From contig OZ218956.1 of the NCBI GenBank assembly GCA_965112735.1, positions 1,240,001-1,304,000 of the forward strand: DNA of 64,000 bases. Direction: 5' to 3'. The first letter of the stretch is position 1. Each line of letters starts with the position of its first letter. The notes under the pieces were generated by a model. That model was not told the DNA's origin. It saw nothing but the letters and a program-made list of their open reading frames with translations, and did not search any database. The stretch comes from Phaeosaccion multiseriatum. Taxonomy: Eukaryota > Protista > Ochrophyta, other classes. The translations under genes and the position numbers were made by a program. Below, one piece after another: positions 40,270-54,824 of the stretch.

Positions 40270-41254
40270 CGAGGGTGAGGGCGAGGGCGAGGGCGAGGGT
40301 CCGGGGAAGGGGGGTCAGGGTAAGCGGAGTAAAGGAAAGGGTTTGATTCAGGGTGAGGACCAGGGTCAGGATGAAAGTGAAGGGCAGCCGAGCAGGGTCA
40401 GGGTCAGGGTCAGGAGGGGCTTACTTCATGGCGTCTTGAGGCGGAGGAGGGCCCATCCCCATGATGCTTCCCGCCATGATGCTATCCGCCATTTGCTGCT
40501 GCTGCTGCTGCTGCTGCTTCCGCGAGGTTGGAGCAGGCTGCGCTGTTCCCTTCGTGCTGCTGCTGCTGCTGTTGTTGCTGTTGCTGCTGCCTACTTCTCC
40601 TTCCGCTGCTGCCTCCGAGCGTACACCACCAGGAGCAGCAGCTTCCTCACCATGACCTTTCCCACGGAGGGCTCCTCCTCTTTGCTGCTGCTTGACGCCC
40701 AAGGACCAGAGCTGCAGCTCCTCGGCCCGTCTGGCGTGCGACTTGGCCATGAGAGCGAGGGCGGAGGCTGTGACTCGATCGTGCACCAGCTGAGAGGCCG
40801 TCATGAAGCGCTCGGCACTGGCAAGGTGCCACTCCCACGAGCGGTCCGTCTGCTCTAAGAGGGGGAGGGAGAGGGAGAGGGAGAGGGAAGGAAAGAGAAA
40901 AAGGAGGGACACACACACACAGAGAGAGAGAGACAGAGACAGAGAAAGAGAGAAAGAGAGAGAGAGAGTGAGTACAAAGTAAATCTCTTTGGATAGAGAT
41001 TGGGCATGCTGCAACACTACGGAGATTGGCTGCGAAGAAGCCTCAACAGCAACGAAGAAGCCGCCTCCCACCTGCCGGCTTCCCTGCAACAGGGCCTGCA
41101 GAGCGGGACTGAGCTCGTCGTCGGCATCGAAGGGACCGCTCTCCCCTCTATTCCCAGCCCACTCCCACTCCATAGAAGGGCCCTCGACCCCCACATGGGC
41201 CGTAGAGGACGTCGAGACAGCGGGAAGAGAGGCGAAGGGCAGGGGCTCATCCAT
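37877..41254 (-). CDS. MIT-like + coiled-coil protein, candidate Atg38/NRBF2-like
   Basis: Five exons splice in frame (41254-41072, 40849-40425, 39989-39065, 38944-38703, 38315-37877). The gene model is well supported; the family call rests on motif resemblance only. Confidence 0.6.
40021..40300. repeat. (GGGTGA)n hexamer array with embedded TTAGGG units
   Basis: Intronic array of GGGTGA/GGGCGA with GGGTTAGGGTTAGGG near 40129-40143. Confidence 0.85.
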
Positions 41255-41656
41255 TTCCTTTCCCTTCTCCCTCCTCTCTCACTGCTTTCAGAAGCTCAGC
41301 TCCTTGACCCCGGAAGGACAGCCAAGGCTACAATGGCTCCCTAAGCATTGCGAGCACCGCTTCAAAAAGATCAAGTTGGAAAGGAAGCCATGAAGTGCCA
41401 TCTACCGAACCGCCCCCCTGATCCCTGACTCACTTCGGATTTCGGGGCTTTGCTTGCTTGAGATAAACACCAGCAACAGCAGCAACTGGCTGTGCCCCGG
41501 ACTGCCAATACATCCCTCTTCCCGTCTCCGACCTAGGGCGGTTCCTTTAAGGAGCATGTACTCCACAAAGTGATTGGTCTTTTCAATTTTTTGAAATCTC
41601 TCTGTGTCTAGAGTTGGTCTTAGGAACGCGAGGGAAGCGTACTGTAGCAGGCGGGG

Positions 41657-46003
<4,347 letters not shown>

Positions 46004-46127
46004 GGTATGGCAGGCATGCTGCACCCATGGCAGCACCAGTGGGAGGGGTTTGAGTTTGAGTGGTCGCCAAGTCCGTCCACATCCTTTTGTCTTGCTTGGA
46101 CCAAGGGAAAAGGAAACGGAAAGGGGA

Positions 46128-46161
<34 letters not shown>

Positions 46162-46189
46162 CTGGCAAGCAAGCAGGCAAGCAGGCAAG

Positions 46190-46232
<43 letters not shown>

Positions 46233-46608
46233 TGAAGGGAGCGTGGTGAGAGCATGTGTGGACGAGCGAAAGGCGGCAAAGGGGGGGGGCAGGAAGGTGT
46301 TGTGGTTAGTGGATCTAGATCAGTGTGTGTGTACGCAGTCAGTGTCTTTGCTTTTTGTGGCTTGGGGAGCTGGGGAGGCTCGGTATGCGGGCGCATGTCC
46401 ATGCAATTGATGCTATGGACTAGGCTATGGTAAGGGCTTTTATTGACTTATAAAGAAGGGCCTACGCCTACAAGTACCCCCTTTTCCCCTCCTGTACCCG
46501 CGAAAATAGCCTGCCTCCCTGAAGAGGAGCCAGACACCATAATGTAACTCACTCACTTCCTCAACACGATAGAGCTTCCTCAACACGAAAGAGGAAAAAA
46601 CAGAAGAG

Positions 46609-46877
46609 TCGACCCCTGACGTGCTATCCGCTATCCGCTATCTGCTATCGCCGGCGCAGCTGGCGTGCTATCTGCTATCAGCCGGCGTGCTATCTGCTAT
46701 CGCCAGCGTCAGCCGGCTTTGGGTGGGGGGGGGTTTGTGGGGGTGTGCTATCTGCTATCGCCGGCGCCAGCCGGCGTGCTATCTGCCCGGGCCGAAGCAT
46801 GCAATCAGACCCTCAGGCTCCGATAGCATGCTATCGAGAATGTGGTCGATAGCACGTCAGGGCCCGGGCGGGGTCGA
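46609..46877. mobile_element. MITE-like element with inverted termini and TGCTATC subterminal repeats
   Basis: CCCTGACGTGCTATC (46614-46628) is the exact reverse complement of GATAGCACGTCAGGG (46848-46862); outer TCGACCCC/GGGGTCGA also pair. Multiple internal GCTATC units and a 16-bp palindrome at 46821-46836. No clear TSD. Confidence 0.5.
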
Positions 46878-46923
46878 ACGAAAGAAGAGGAAATAGGAAT
46901 CACCTAAGAAACTGAAAGTGTGA

Positions 46924-47016
<93 letters not shown>

Positions 47017-47206
47017 TGCGTGTGCATGTATCTCTGTGTCTCCGGGGCCCCTCAGGGGCCGGTTACTCCCCCTCGTGGGGGGGAGGGGGAGTGCGGGACC
47101 AGCTCCGCGGTTGAGCCGACCCAGGAAAAAGAAGGGGAAGTCAAGGGCTGACAAACACTGGTGGACCAACAGCCCAACCTCCACCTCCACAAACCTTGCG
47201 TGCAGG

Positions 47207-49942
47207 ATGGAGGGAAAGGCGGGCTTCTTTTCCGCAGGAGGAGGAGGCGGAGGAGGATTTTCTGGTGCTTTCAAGAGTCTGTGTGGAAATTTGGCCTCTG
47301 CCCCCTCCGGCTCTTTGCACCCTGTATACAAACACAACAGCTGCTTCAGAGCAGACAAAAGGGAGGTCCGTTTTGAGCGACGATTGGCGATTCCCTCTCC
47401 CCGTCTCTTTGGAGCGAAGGGCAATAAGGAAGAACGAAGTGCAGAACGACGGCAGCAAATAAAGTTGAGGAAAGAGATCCAGAGACTTGGAAATATGCGG
47501 GACTGGAGGGGGGTCGCGAGAGCGCTTGAAGGGGCGAACGCAGAGGGGGTTCAAATGAACGTCATTTTGTATAGCGCTGCCATTACTGCGGTGGGTAAGG
47601 CGGGGAGATGGAAGGGCGCGCTTGCGCTGCTCGACGAGGTGAAGGCAAGCGGCCTCCAACCCGATCTTATCACGTATAGCGCTGTGATATTTTCATGTGC
47701 CAAGGCAGCAGAGCACGAGAAGGTCCTTGCGCTGCTGACGGAGATGCAGAGGGAAGGGATTCAACCCGACGTGGTGACGTACGGTTCTGCGATTTCGGCT
47801 TGTGGCATGGCAGGAGAGCACAAGATGGCGCTTGACTTGGTGAAGGAGATGAGGAGGGGGGGGCTTAAACCCAATCAAAAAGCGTACACTTCTGCGATTG
47901 CTGCTTGTGCCAAAGCAGAACGGCACGAGACGGCGCTTGACTTGATGAAGGAGATGCGAAGGGACGGCCTTCAACCCAGGGAATTCTCGTACAACTCTGT
48001 GCTTTCGGCTTGTGGCAAGGCAGGGAAGTACATCAAGGCAATTGACTTACTGAGAGAGATGTGGAGAGACGGCCTCCAACCGAATGTCGTCGCGTACAGC
48101 TCTGCGATTAGTGCCTGTGCCAAGAAAGGGCAATACGAGAAAGCCCTTGACTTGCTGGAGGAGATGCGCAGGGAAGGCCTTCAACCCAATGATTTCTCGT
48201 ATAACTCTGCGATTGCTGCTTGTGCCAAGGTAGGCGAGCACGAGATGGCGCTTGACTTGTTGGAGGACATGCGAAGTGACGGCCTTCAACTCAATCAATT
48301 CTCGTACAGCTCTGCGCTTTCCGCTTGTGGGAAGGCAGGGCAGTACGAGAAGGCGCTTGCCATGCTGGGGGAGATGCGGAGAGAAGGGCTTCAACCCAAT
48401 GTCATCACGTACAGCTCTGCGATTAGTGCCTGTGCCAAGGCTGGGCAGTACGAGAAGGCGCTTGACTTGCTGGAGGAGATGCGGAGAGAAGGGCTTCACC
48501 CCAATGATTTCTCGTACAACTCTGCGATTGCTGCTTGTGGCAATGCAGGAGAGCACGTGAAAGCCCTTGATCTGCTAAAGGAGATGCGGAGGGAAGGCCT
48601 TCAACCCGATGCCATCACGTACAACTCTGCGATTGATGCGTGTGCCAATGCAGGAGAGCACGAAAAGGCCCTTGCATTGCTGAAGGAGATGAGAGAAGAA
48701 GGCATTGTACCCAATGACTTCTCGTACAACTCTGCAATTTCTGCTTGTGCCAAGGCAGGAAGGTACAAGAAGGCGGTGGATTTGCTGAAGGATATGCGGA
48801 GAGAAGGGCTTCAACCCAATGAGATCTCCTACAACTCTGCAATTTCTGCTTGTGGCAAGGCTTGGGCGTATGAAAAGGCGCTTGACTTGTTGAAGGAGAT
48901 GCGCACGGAGCGGCTTCAACCCAATGTCATCACGTACAACTCTGCGATTACTGCCTGTGGTAAGACGGGGCAGTACGAGAAGGCCCTTGACTTGCTGGAG
49001 GAGGTGCGAAGGGAAGGGCTCCGACCTAATGAAATCACGTACAGCTCTGCGATTGCTGCTTGTGGCAGTGCGGGAGAGTACAAGAAGGCGCTGGACTTGC
49101 TGGAGGAAATGCGGACAGAGGGCATTCAATCCAGTGAATTCTCGTACGGCTATGCGATTACTGCGTGTGGCAACGCAGGGCAGTATGAGAAGGCCCTTGA
49201 CTTGCTGGTGGAGATGCGAAGGGAAGGGCTTCAACCCAGTGTCGCTTCGTACCGACCCGCAATGCTTGTTTGTAGCAATGCAGGAGAGTACGAGAAGGCG
49301 CTGGACTTGCTGGAGCAAATGCGGAGGGAGGGCATTCAACTCAATAGCTTCTGGTACAATAGGGCGATTATTGCTTGCGCCAAGGCCGGAGAGTACGAGA
49401 AGGTGCTGTATTTGCTGGAGGCGATGCGGGGAGAGGGCATTCAGCCCGATGAAGTCTCGTACAGCTTTGCGGTTTCTACTGGCGCTGGCAATGCAAGAGA
49501 GCACGTGAAGGCGATGGACCTGTTGAAGGAGATGCGAAGGGATGGGCTTCAACCCAATATCATCGCGTACAATTGTGCTATCACTGCTTGTAGCAATGCA
49601 GGAGAGTACGAGAAGGCGCTGGACTTGCTGGAGCAGATGCGGAAAGAGGGCATTCAACCAGATCAATGGTCGTACAGCTCTGCGACTGATGCGTGTGCCA
49701 ATGCGTGGCAGCACGTAAAGGCGCTTGACTTGCTCGAGGAGATGCGAAGGGAAGGCCCTCGACCGAGTGAAATCTCGTACCTTTCTGCGATTGATGCTTG
49801 TGCCGAGGCCGGGGAGTACGAGAAGGCGCTGAACTTGGTGGAGGACATGTGCAGAGAAGGCCTTGACCCTCAGATCATTTCACACAGCACTGCGATTGCC
49901 GCGTGTGCCAAGGCACGAGAGCACGAGAAAGCGCTTCATTGA
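47207..49942 (+). CDS. P-class pentatricopeptide repeat protein (22 full repeats + truncated repeat), intronless
   Basis: Consecutive 35-aa motifs of the type VITYSSAISACAKAGQYEKALDLLEEMRREGLQPN. First ATG of the frame is at 47207; the true start is uncertain. Confidence 0.95.
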   Translation: MEGKAGFFSAGGGGGGGFSGAFKSLCGNLASAPSGSLHPVYKHNSCFRADKREVRFERRLAIPSPRLFGAKGNKEERSAERRQQIKLRKEIQRLGNMRDWRGVARALEGANAEGVQMNVILYSAAITAVGKAGRWKGALALLDEVKASGLQPDLITYSAVIFSCAKAAEHEKVLALLTEMQREGIQPDVVTYGSAISACGMAGEHKMALDLVKEMRRGGLKPNQKAYTSAIAACAKAERHETALDLMKEMRRDGLQPREFSYNSVLSACGKAGKYIKAIDLLREMWRDGLQPNVVAYSSAISACAKKGQYEKALDLLEEMRREGLQPNDFSYNSAIAACAKVGEHEMALDLLEDMRSDGLQLNQFSYSSALSACGKAGQYEKALAMLGEMRREGLQPNVITYSSAISACAKAGQYEKALDLLEEMRREGLHPNDFSYNSAIAACGNAGEHVKALDLLKEMRREGLQPDAITYNSAIDACANAGEHEKALALLKEMREEGIVPNDFSYNSAISACAKAGRYKKAVDLLKDMRREGLQPNEISYNSAISACGKAWAYEKALDLLKEMRTERLQPNVITYNSAITACGKTGQYEKALDLLEEVRREGLRPNEITYSSAIAACGSAGEYKKALDLLEEMRTEGIQSSEFSYGYAITACGNAGQYEKALDLLVEMRREGLQPSVASYRPAMLVCSNAGEYEKALDLLEQMRREGIQLNSFWYNRAIIACAKAGEYEKVLYLLEAMRGEGIQPDEVSYSFAVSTGAGNAREHVKAMDLLKEMRRDGLQPNIIAYNCAITACSNAGEYEKALDLLEQMRKEGIQPDQWSYSSATDACANAWQHVKALDLLEEMRREGPRPSEISYLSAIDACAEAGEYEKALNLVEDMCREGLDPQIISHSTAIAACAKAREHEKALH

Positions 49943-50362
49943 CTTGCTGAAGGGGGACAGACCTCGAACAAGTCCCAGCAATTCCCGCACAGCTCTGCGA
50001 GGAATCATCTTGGCAAGGTGGGACAGTAGGAGAGGCGGTAATTGAATTACTGCTTGGATATTGGGCAAACGGGTGCCTTGGCTGGCTGTTTTGGGTTTTG
50101 GGTTTATGGGTTTTGGGAACTAGATTCACAAATGCTGACGGCGTCGTGCACCAAATGAGACACTTGCCTTTTTTGTTCCCCCAAATGCCACGTCTCAATC
50201 AAAAACACACACACACTCTCTCTCTCTCTCTCTCCCCTCCACTTCTCTCTTTGGAACTCTACAGCTACAGATCAGTGCTATTATTTGTCGGTGTTGGTTC
50301 ACGGCTGAGGCAGAGGAGTGGGGAACACATTTTTTAGTGAGAAAGAAAAGAAGGATTTCCGC

Positions 50363-52567
50363 ATGGTGGGTTTCATTTCCGCAGGAGGGGGAGGAGGTGG
50401 ATATGGTGCTTTCACAAGCTCGTGGGGAAGATGGGCCTCTGCTCCCTCCAGCCCTTCACCTGCGCACTCTATTGGAGAAACAAGAGGTGGATATGGTGCT
50501 TCCACAAGCTCGTGGGGAAGATGGGCCTCTGCTCCCTCCAGCCCTTCACCTGCGCACTCCATTGGAGAAACAAGAAGACAGAGGGCAGTTCCTTTTGAGC
50601 GACGGTCATCACCGACTTCCTCGTTCCGTCTCCTCGGTGTAATGGGTAATATGGGAGGGACACATCAGGGAAGGTATAGGCGGCGAGGCCGTGGAGGGGC
50701 AGTAAGACACAAGCAAATAGAGTTGACCAGAGAAATCCAGAGACTGGGGAATACGCGCGACTGGAAGGGGGTTGCAAGAGCGCTTCTGGAGGCGAAAGCA
50801 AGGGGGCTTCAGATGAATATCATTATCTTTAACGTTGCCATTACTGCGGTGGGTAAGGCGGGGAGATGGAAGGGCGCGCTTGCCCTACTCAATGAGGTCA
50901 AGGCCAGCGGCCACAGCCCCGATGTAATCACTTACAGCTCGGCGATTTCCGCTTGTGGCAAGGCAGGGCACCACGAAAAAGCGCTGGACTTGCTGAAGGA
51001 GATGCGGAGGGAAGGACTGCAACCCAATGTCATCTCGTATGGCTCTGCGATTACTGCCTGTGGCAAGACGGGGCAGTACGAGAAGGCCCTTGACTTGCTG
51101 GAGGAGATGAGGAGGGAACGGCTTCAACCCAATGAATTCTCGTACAACTCTGCGATTACGGCTTGTGCCAAGGCAGGAGAGTACGAAACGGCCCTCGACT
51201 TGCTGGAGGAGATGCGGAGCGAAGGGATTCATCCCAATGTCATAACATACAGCTCTGCGATTTCCGCGTGTGCCAAGGCGGGAGAGCACGAGAAGGCACT
51301 GGACTTGCTGAAGGAGATGCGGAGGGAAGGGCTTGAACCCAACGAAATCTCTTACAACTCTGCAATTTCTGCTTGTGCCAAGGCAGGAGAGTACGAGAAG
51401 GCGCTTGACTTGCTGAAGGAGATGCGGAGGGAAGACCTTCAACCCAATGAGTTCTCGTATAACTCTGCGATTGTCGCTTGTGGCGAGGCAGGAGTGCACG
51501 AGAAGGCGCTTGACTTGCTGCAGGAGATGTGCAGGGAAGGACTTCAACCCGACGTCATCACGTACAGCTCTGCGATTTCTGCTTGTGGCAAAGCAGGAGA
51601 GTACGAGAAGGCGCTTGACTTGCTGAAAGAGATGCGGACGGAAGGGCTTCAACCCAATGAATTCTCGTATAACTCTGCGATTGATGCTTGTGGCGAGGTA
51701 GGGGAGTACGAGAAGGCGCTGGATTTACTGCAGGAGATGCGCAGGGAAGGTCTTCAACCCAATGTCATCACGTACAGCTCTGCGATTGGAGCTTGTGGAA
51801 ATGCGGCAGAGCACGAGAAGGCGCTTGAATTGCTGGAGAAGATGAGGCGGGAAGGGCTTGAACCCAATGTCATCACGTACAACTGTGCGATTGATGCTTG
51901 TGGCGAGGCAGGGCAGCACGAGAAGGCCCTTGACTTGCTGAAGGAGATGCGCAGGGAAAGGCTTCAACCCAATGTGATCACGTACAGCTCCGCGATTACT
52001 GCTTGTGGCAAAGCAGGAGAGTACGAGAAGGCGCTTGACTTGCTGGAAGAGATGCGAGAGGAAGGCCTTCAACCCAATGAATTCTCGTATAACTCTGCGA
52101 TTGATGCGTGTGGTGAGGCAGGGGAGTACGAAATGGCGCTGGATTTGCTGCAGGAGATGCGCAGGGAAGGGCTTCAACCCAATGATTTTTCCTTCAATTC
52201 TGGGATTGCTGCTTGTGCCAAGGCAGGAGAGGGCGAGAAGGCGCTGGACTTGCTGGAGGAGATGCGGAGAGAGGGCATTCAACCCGACATTATCACATAC
52301 AACTCTGCGATTGATGCGTGTGCCAAGGCATGGCAGCACGTCAAGGCGCTGGACTTGCTGAAGGAGATGCGCAGGGCAGGCCTTCAACCCCGTGAGGTGT
52401 CCTACAACTCTGCGATTGCTGCTTGTGCCGAGGCAGGGGAGTACGATACTGCGGTTGACTTGCTGGAGGACATGCGCAGAGACGGGCTTCAACCTCCGGA
52501 CACCTCACACAGCACTGCCATTACGGCGTGTGCCAAGGCACGAGAGCACGAGAAGGCACTTCATTGA
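50363..52567 (+). CDS. P-class pentatricopeptide repeat protein, tandem paralog (16 full repeats + truncated repeat), intronless
   Basis: Same 35-aa motif, with the same N-cap (EIQRLGN.RDW.GVARAL) and C-end (ACAKAREHEKALH*) as the upstream copy. Confidence 0.95.
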   Translation: MVGFISAGGGGGGYGAFTSSWGRWASAPSSPSPAHSIGETRGGYGASTSSWGRWASAPSSPSPAHSIGETRRQRAVPFERRSSPTSSFRLLGVMGNMGGTHQGRYRRRGRGGAVRHKQIELTREIQRLGNTRDWKGVARALLEAKARGLQMNIIIFNVAITAVGKAGRWKGALALLNEVKASGHSPDVITYSSAISACGKAGHHEKALDLLKEMRREGLQPNVISYGSAITACGKTGQYEKALDLLEEMRRERLQPNEFSYNSAITACAKAGEYETALDLLEEMRSEGIHPNVITYSSAISACAKAGEHEKALDLLKEMRREGLEPNEISYNSAISACAKAGEYEKALDLLKEMRREDLQPNEFSYNSAIVACGEAGVHEKALDLLQEMCREGLQPDVITYSSAISACGKAGEYEKALDLLKEMRTEGLQPNEFSYNSAIDACGEVGEYEKALDLLQEMRREGLQPNVITYSSAIGACGNAAEHEKALELLEKMRREGLEPNVITYNCAIDACGEAGQHEKALDLLKEMRRERLQPNVITYSSAITACGKAGEYEKALDLLEEMREEGLQPNEFSYNSAIDACGEAGEYEMALDLLQEMRREGLQPNDFSFNSGIAACAKAGEGEKALDLLEEMRREGIQPDIITYNSAIDACAKAWQHVKALDLLKEMRRAGLQPREVSYNSAIAACAEAGEYDTAVDLLEDMRRDGLQPPDTSHSTAITACAKAREHEKALH

Positions 52568-53301
52568 CTTGCGCCCACCACTTTGGGTAGGTAGTTAGTG
52601 AGGAGGCAGCAGCAGGCCTGGCAGCGGTAGAACGATGGCTGATACGCAGAGGCCATGCCACAGGGACTTGAGGAGGAGGGGCAAGGAGGGAGGGAGGGGG
52701 GCGGGGGGAATGATGGACTCACGCACCGGCAGACGGGCAGACAGGCAGACACTCGGAGTGGGCCGGGGCGTGTGCTTTTGAAAATGAATGAAGTAGCACA
52801 GGTGTGTAAGTACAACTATCGCTACACGTGTTGGCCAACGGTCATCTCGTAGTGACGTATATACTGTAAGTAATTCAACTCAAATTGTTTCGTTTATACA
52901 TGAATTAAAACAAAAACAACGATATTCCTTCTTTGCTCCTATGTACTAAAGCAGGGGCGGCCTACGCTGGCAGCAGTGGAAGCGAAAGCGGCGCCACAGA
53001 AGACCACTCACTGCGTATCCTGTCTCTTCTAAAAGCGTCTCTCCCTCCTCTCTCCCTCGCTCTCTCCCTCCCTCCCTCCCTCCCTCCGCCCTCTCCCTCT
53101 CTCTCCCTCTCTCTCCCCCTCTCTCTCTCTCTCCCTCCCTCCCTCCCCCCCTCTCTCTTCCCCTCCGCCCCGCTCCCTCTACCTCTTTCGTGTCAGTAGC
53201 CTCAGCCCTCTACCTCTTTCCTGTCAGTAACCTCAGCCGCTACCAGTCGTCCGCTCGGTCGACGCGTGTGTAAACAGTAACCCTCAAAAGTCAGTCAGTC
53301 A

Positions 53302-53339
<38 letters not shown>

Positions 53340-53447
53340 CAGGCAGCCAGGCAGGCCGGCCCGGCCTGTCCTCCCAGCAGCCACCAACGAGAGCGAGTCT
53401 TGTGAGTCCTGTACAACCAACTCATTCATCATCAGCCAGGTCGAGCC

Positions 53448-54787
53448 TCAGACCCAGAGGGCCAGTCCTATCCAGTGGCGGCCGAGCACATTCGGATCAG
53501 TGGCAAGGTCAATGAGGCACTCCACTTGCTCAGCCGCGGAGAGGGGCCTGGTGGTGAAGTCCGCCTTGGCTCGCACGTTGCCCCACTCCTCCTTGCCCTC
53601 CACGATTTCCCTCAGCTTGGGGTGGCTCCGATACAGCTTGCACTGATTGCGTCGAGGTAGGGGAGGGTAGAGGCATATGGGTAGAGTAGAGGTATATAGG
53701 GAAGAGAAGTGGCATATGGGTAGAGTAGAGGCATAAGGGTAGGGTAGGGTAGGGTAGGGTAGGTAGCGAAGGGGAAGGGGGGGGGGGAGGCAGCAATGGG
53801 TGAGAAGGGTGGAGATGCCCAGCACCAGGGGGGGGGGCAAGCCAAGATTCAAACCATCCACAGGGTACGTTTCTGTAAAGGGGAGTGGAGGAGAGGGAGA
53901 GGGCTGAGCGAGTGTTTCTGTGAAGGAGAGTGGAGGAGAGGGAGAGGGGAGAGCGAGTGTTTCTGTGAAGGGGAGTGGAGGAGAGGGAGAGGGGAGAACG
54001 AGTGTTTCTGTGAAGGGGGGTGGAGGAGAGGGAGAGGGGAGAACGAGTGTTTCTGTAAAGGGGAGTGGAGGAGAGGGAGAGGGGAGAGCTAGTGTTTTTG
54101 TAAAGGGGGGTGGAGGAGAGGGAGAGGGGAGAACGAGTGTTTCTGTAAAGGGGAGTAGAGGAGAGGGAAAGAGGAGAGGGAGTGTTTCTGTGAAGGGGAG
54201 TGGAGGAGAGGGAGAGGGCTGAGCGAGTGTTTCTGTGAAGGGGAGTGGAGGAGAGGGAGAGGGGAGAGCGAGTGTTTCTGTGAAGGGGAGTGGAGGAGAG
54301 GGAGAGGGGAGAGCGAGTGGTTCTGTGAAGGGGAGTGGAGGAGAGGGAAAGAGGAGAGGGAGTGTTTCTGTGAAGGGGGGTGGAGGAGAGGGAGAGGGCT
54401 GAGCGAGTGTTTTTTAAAGGGGAGTAGAGGAGAGGGAGAGGAAAGAGCGTATTTCTGTAAAGGGGGGTGGAGGAGAGGGAGAGTGGAGAGCGAGTGTTTC
54501 TGTAAAGGGGGGGTTAAAGCGAAAAGATGTACGTACCGCTCGGTTCTGCTCCATGTCGTTCAAAACAATACCCACGGGATTGTGTCCTGCGTACTTGGCC
54601 CGCGCGTTGGTGATCTTCCTGAGCACCTCTGCATCCACCTCACGCGGTGCAATCACATCTTCCTCCTCCTTCTCCTCCTCCTCCTCCTCCTCCTCCTCCC
54701 CCTCCTCCCCCTCCTCCTCCTCCTCCTCGCCCCCCTCCTCGTCTGTTCGCTTTCTCTTCTTAGACGCTCTCCCTCCAGCCCCTGTCT

Positions 54788-54824
<37 letters not shown>

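Noticed and set aside
46928-47206. (CV)n N-terminal extension of the first PPR ORF
   Set aside because: Arises from a (TG)n microsatellite and a non-ATG start.
48047-52492. Long antisense ORFs over the PPR genes
   Set aside because: Shadow frames of the 105-bp repeat with no independent coding signal.
53865-54515. Possible CRISPR-like array (~39-bp period)
   Set aside because: Contiguous units with no unique spacers, in a eukaryotic intron, with no cas genes.
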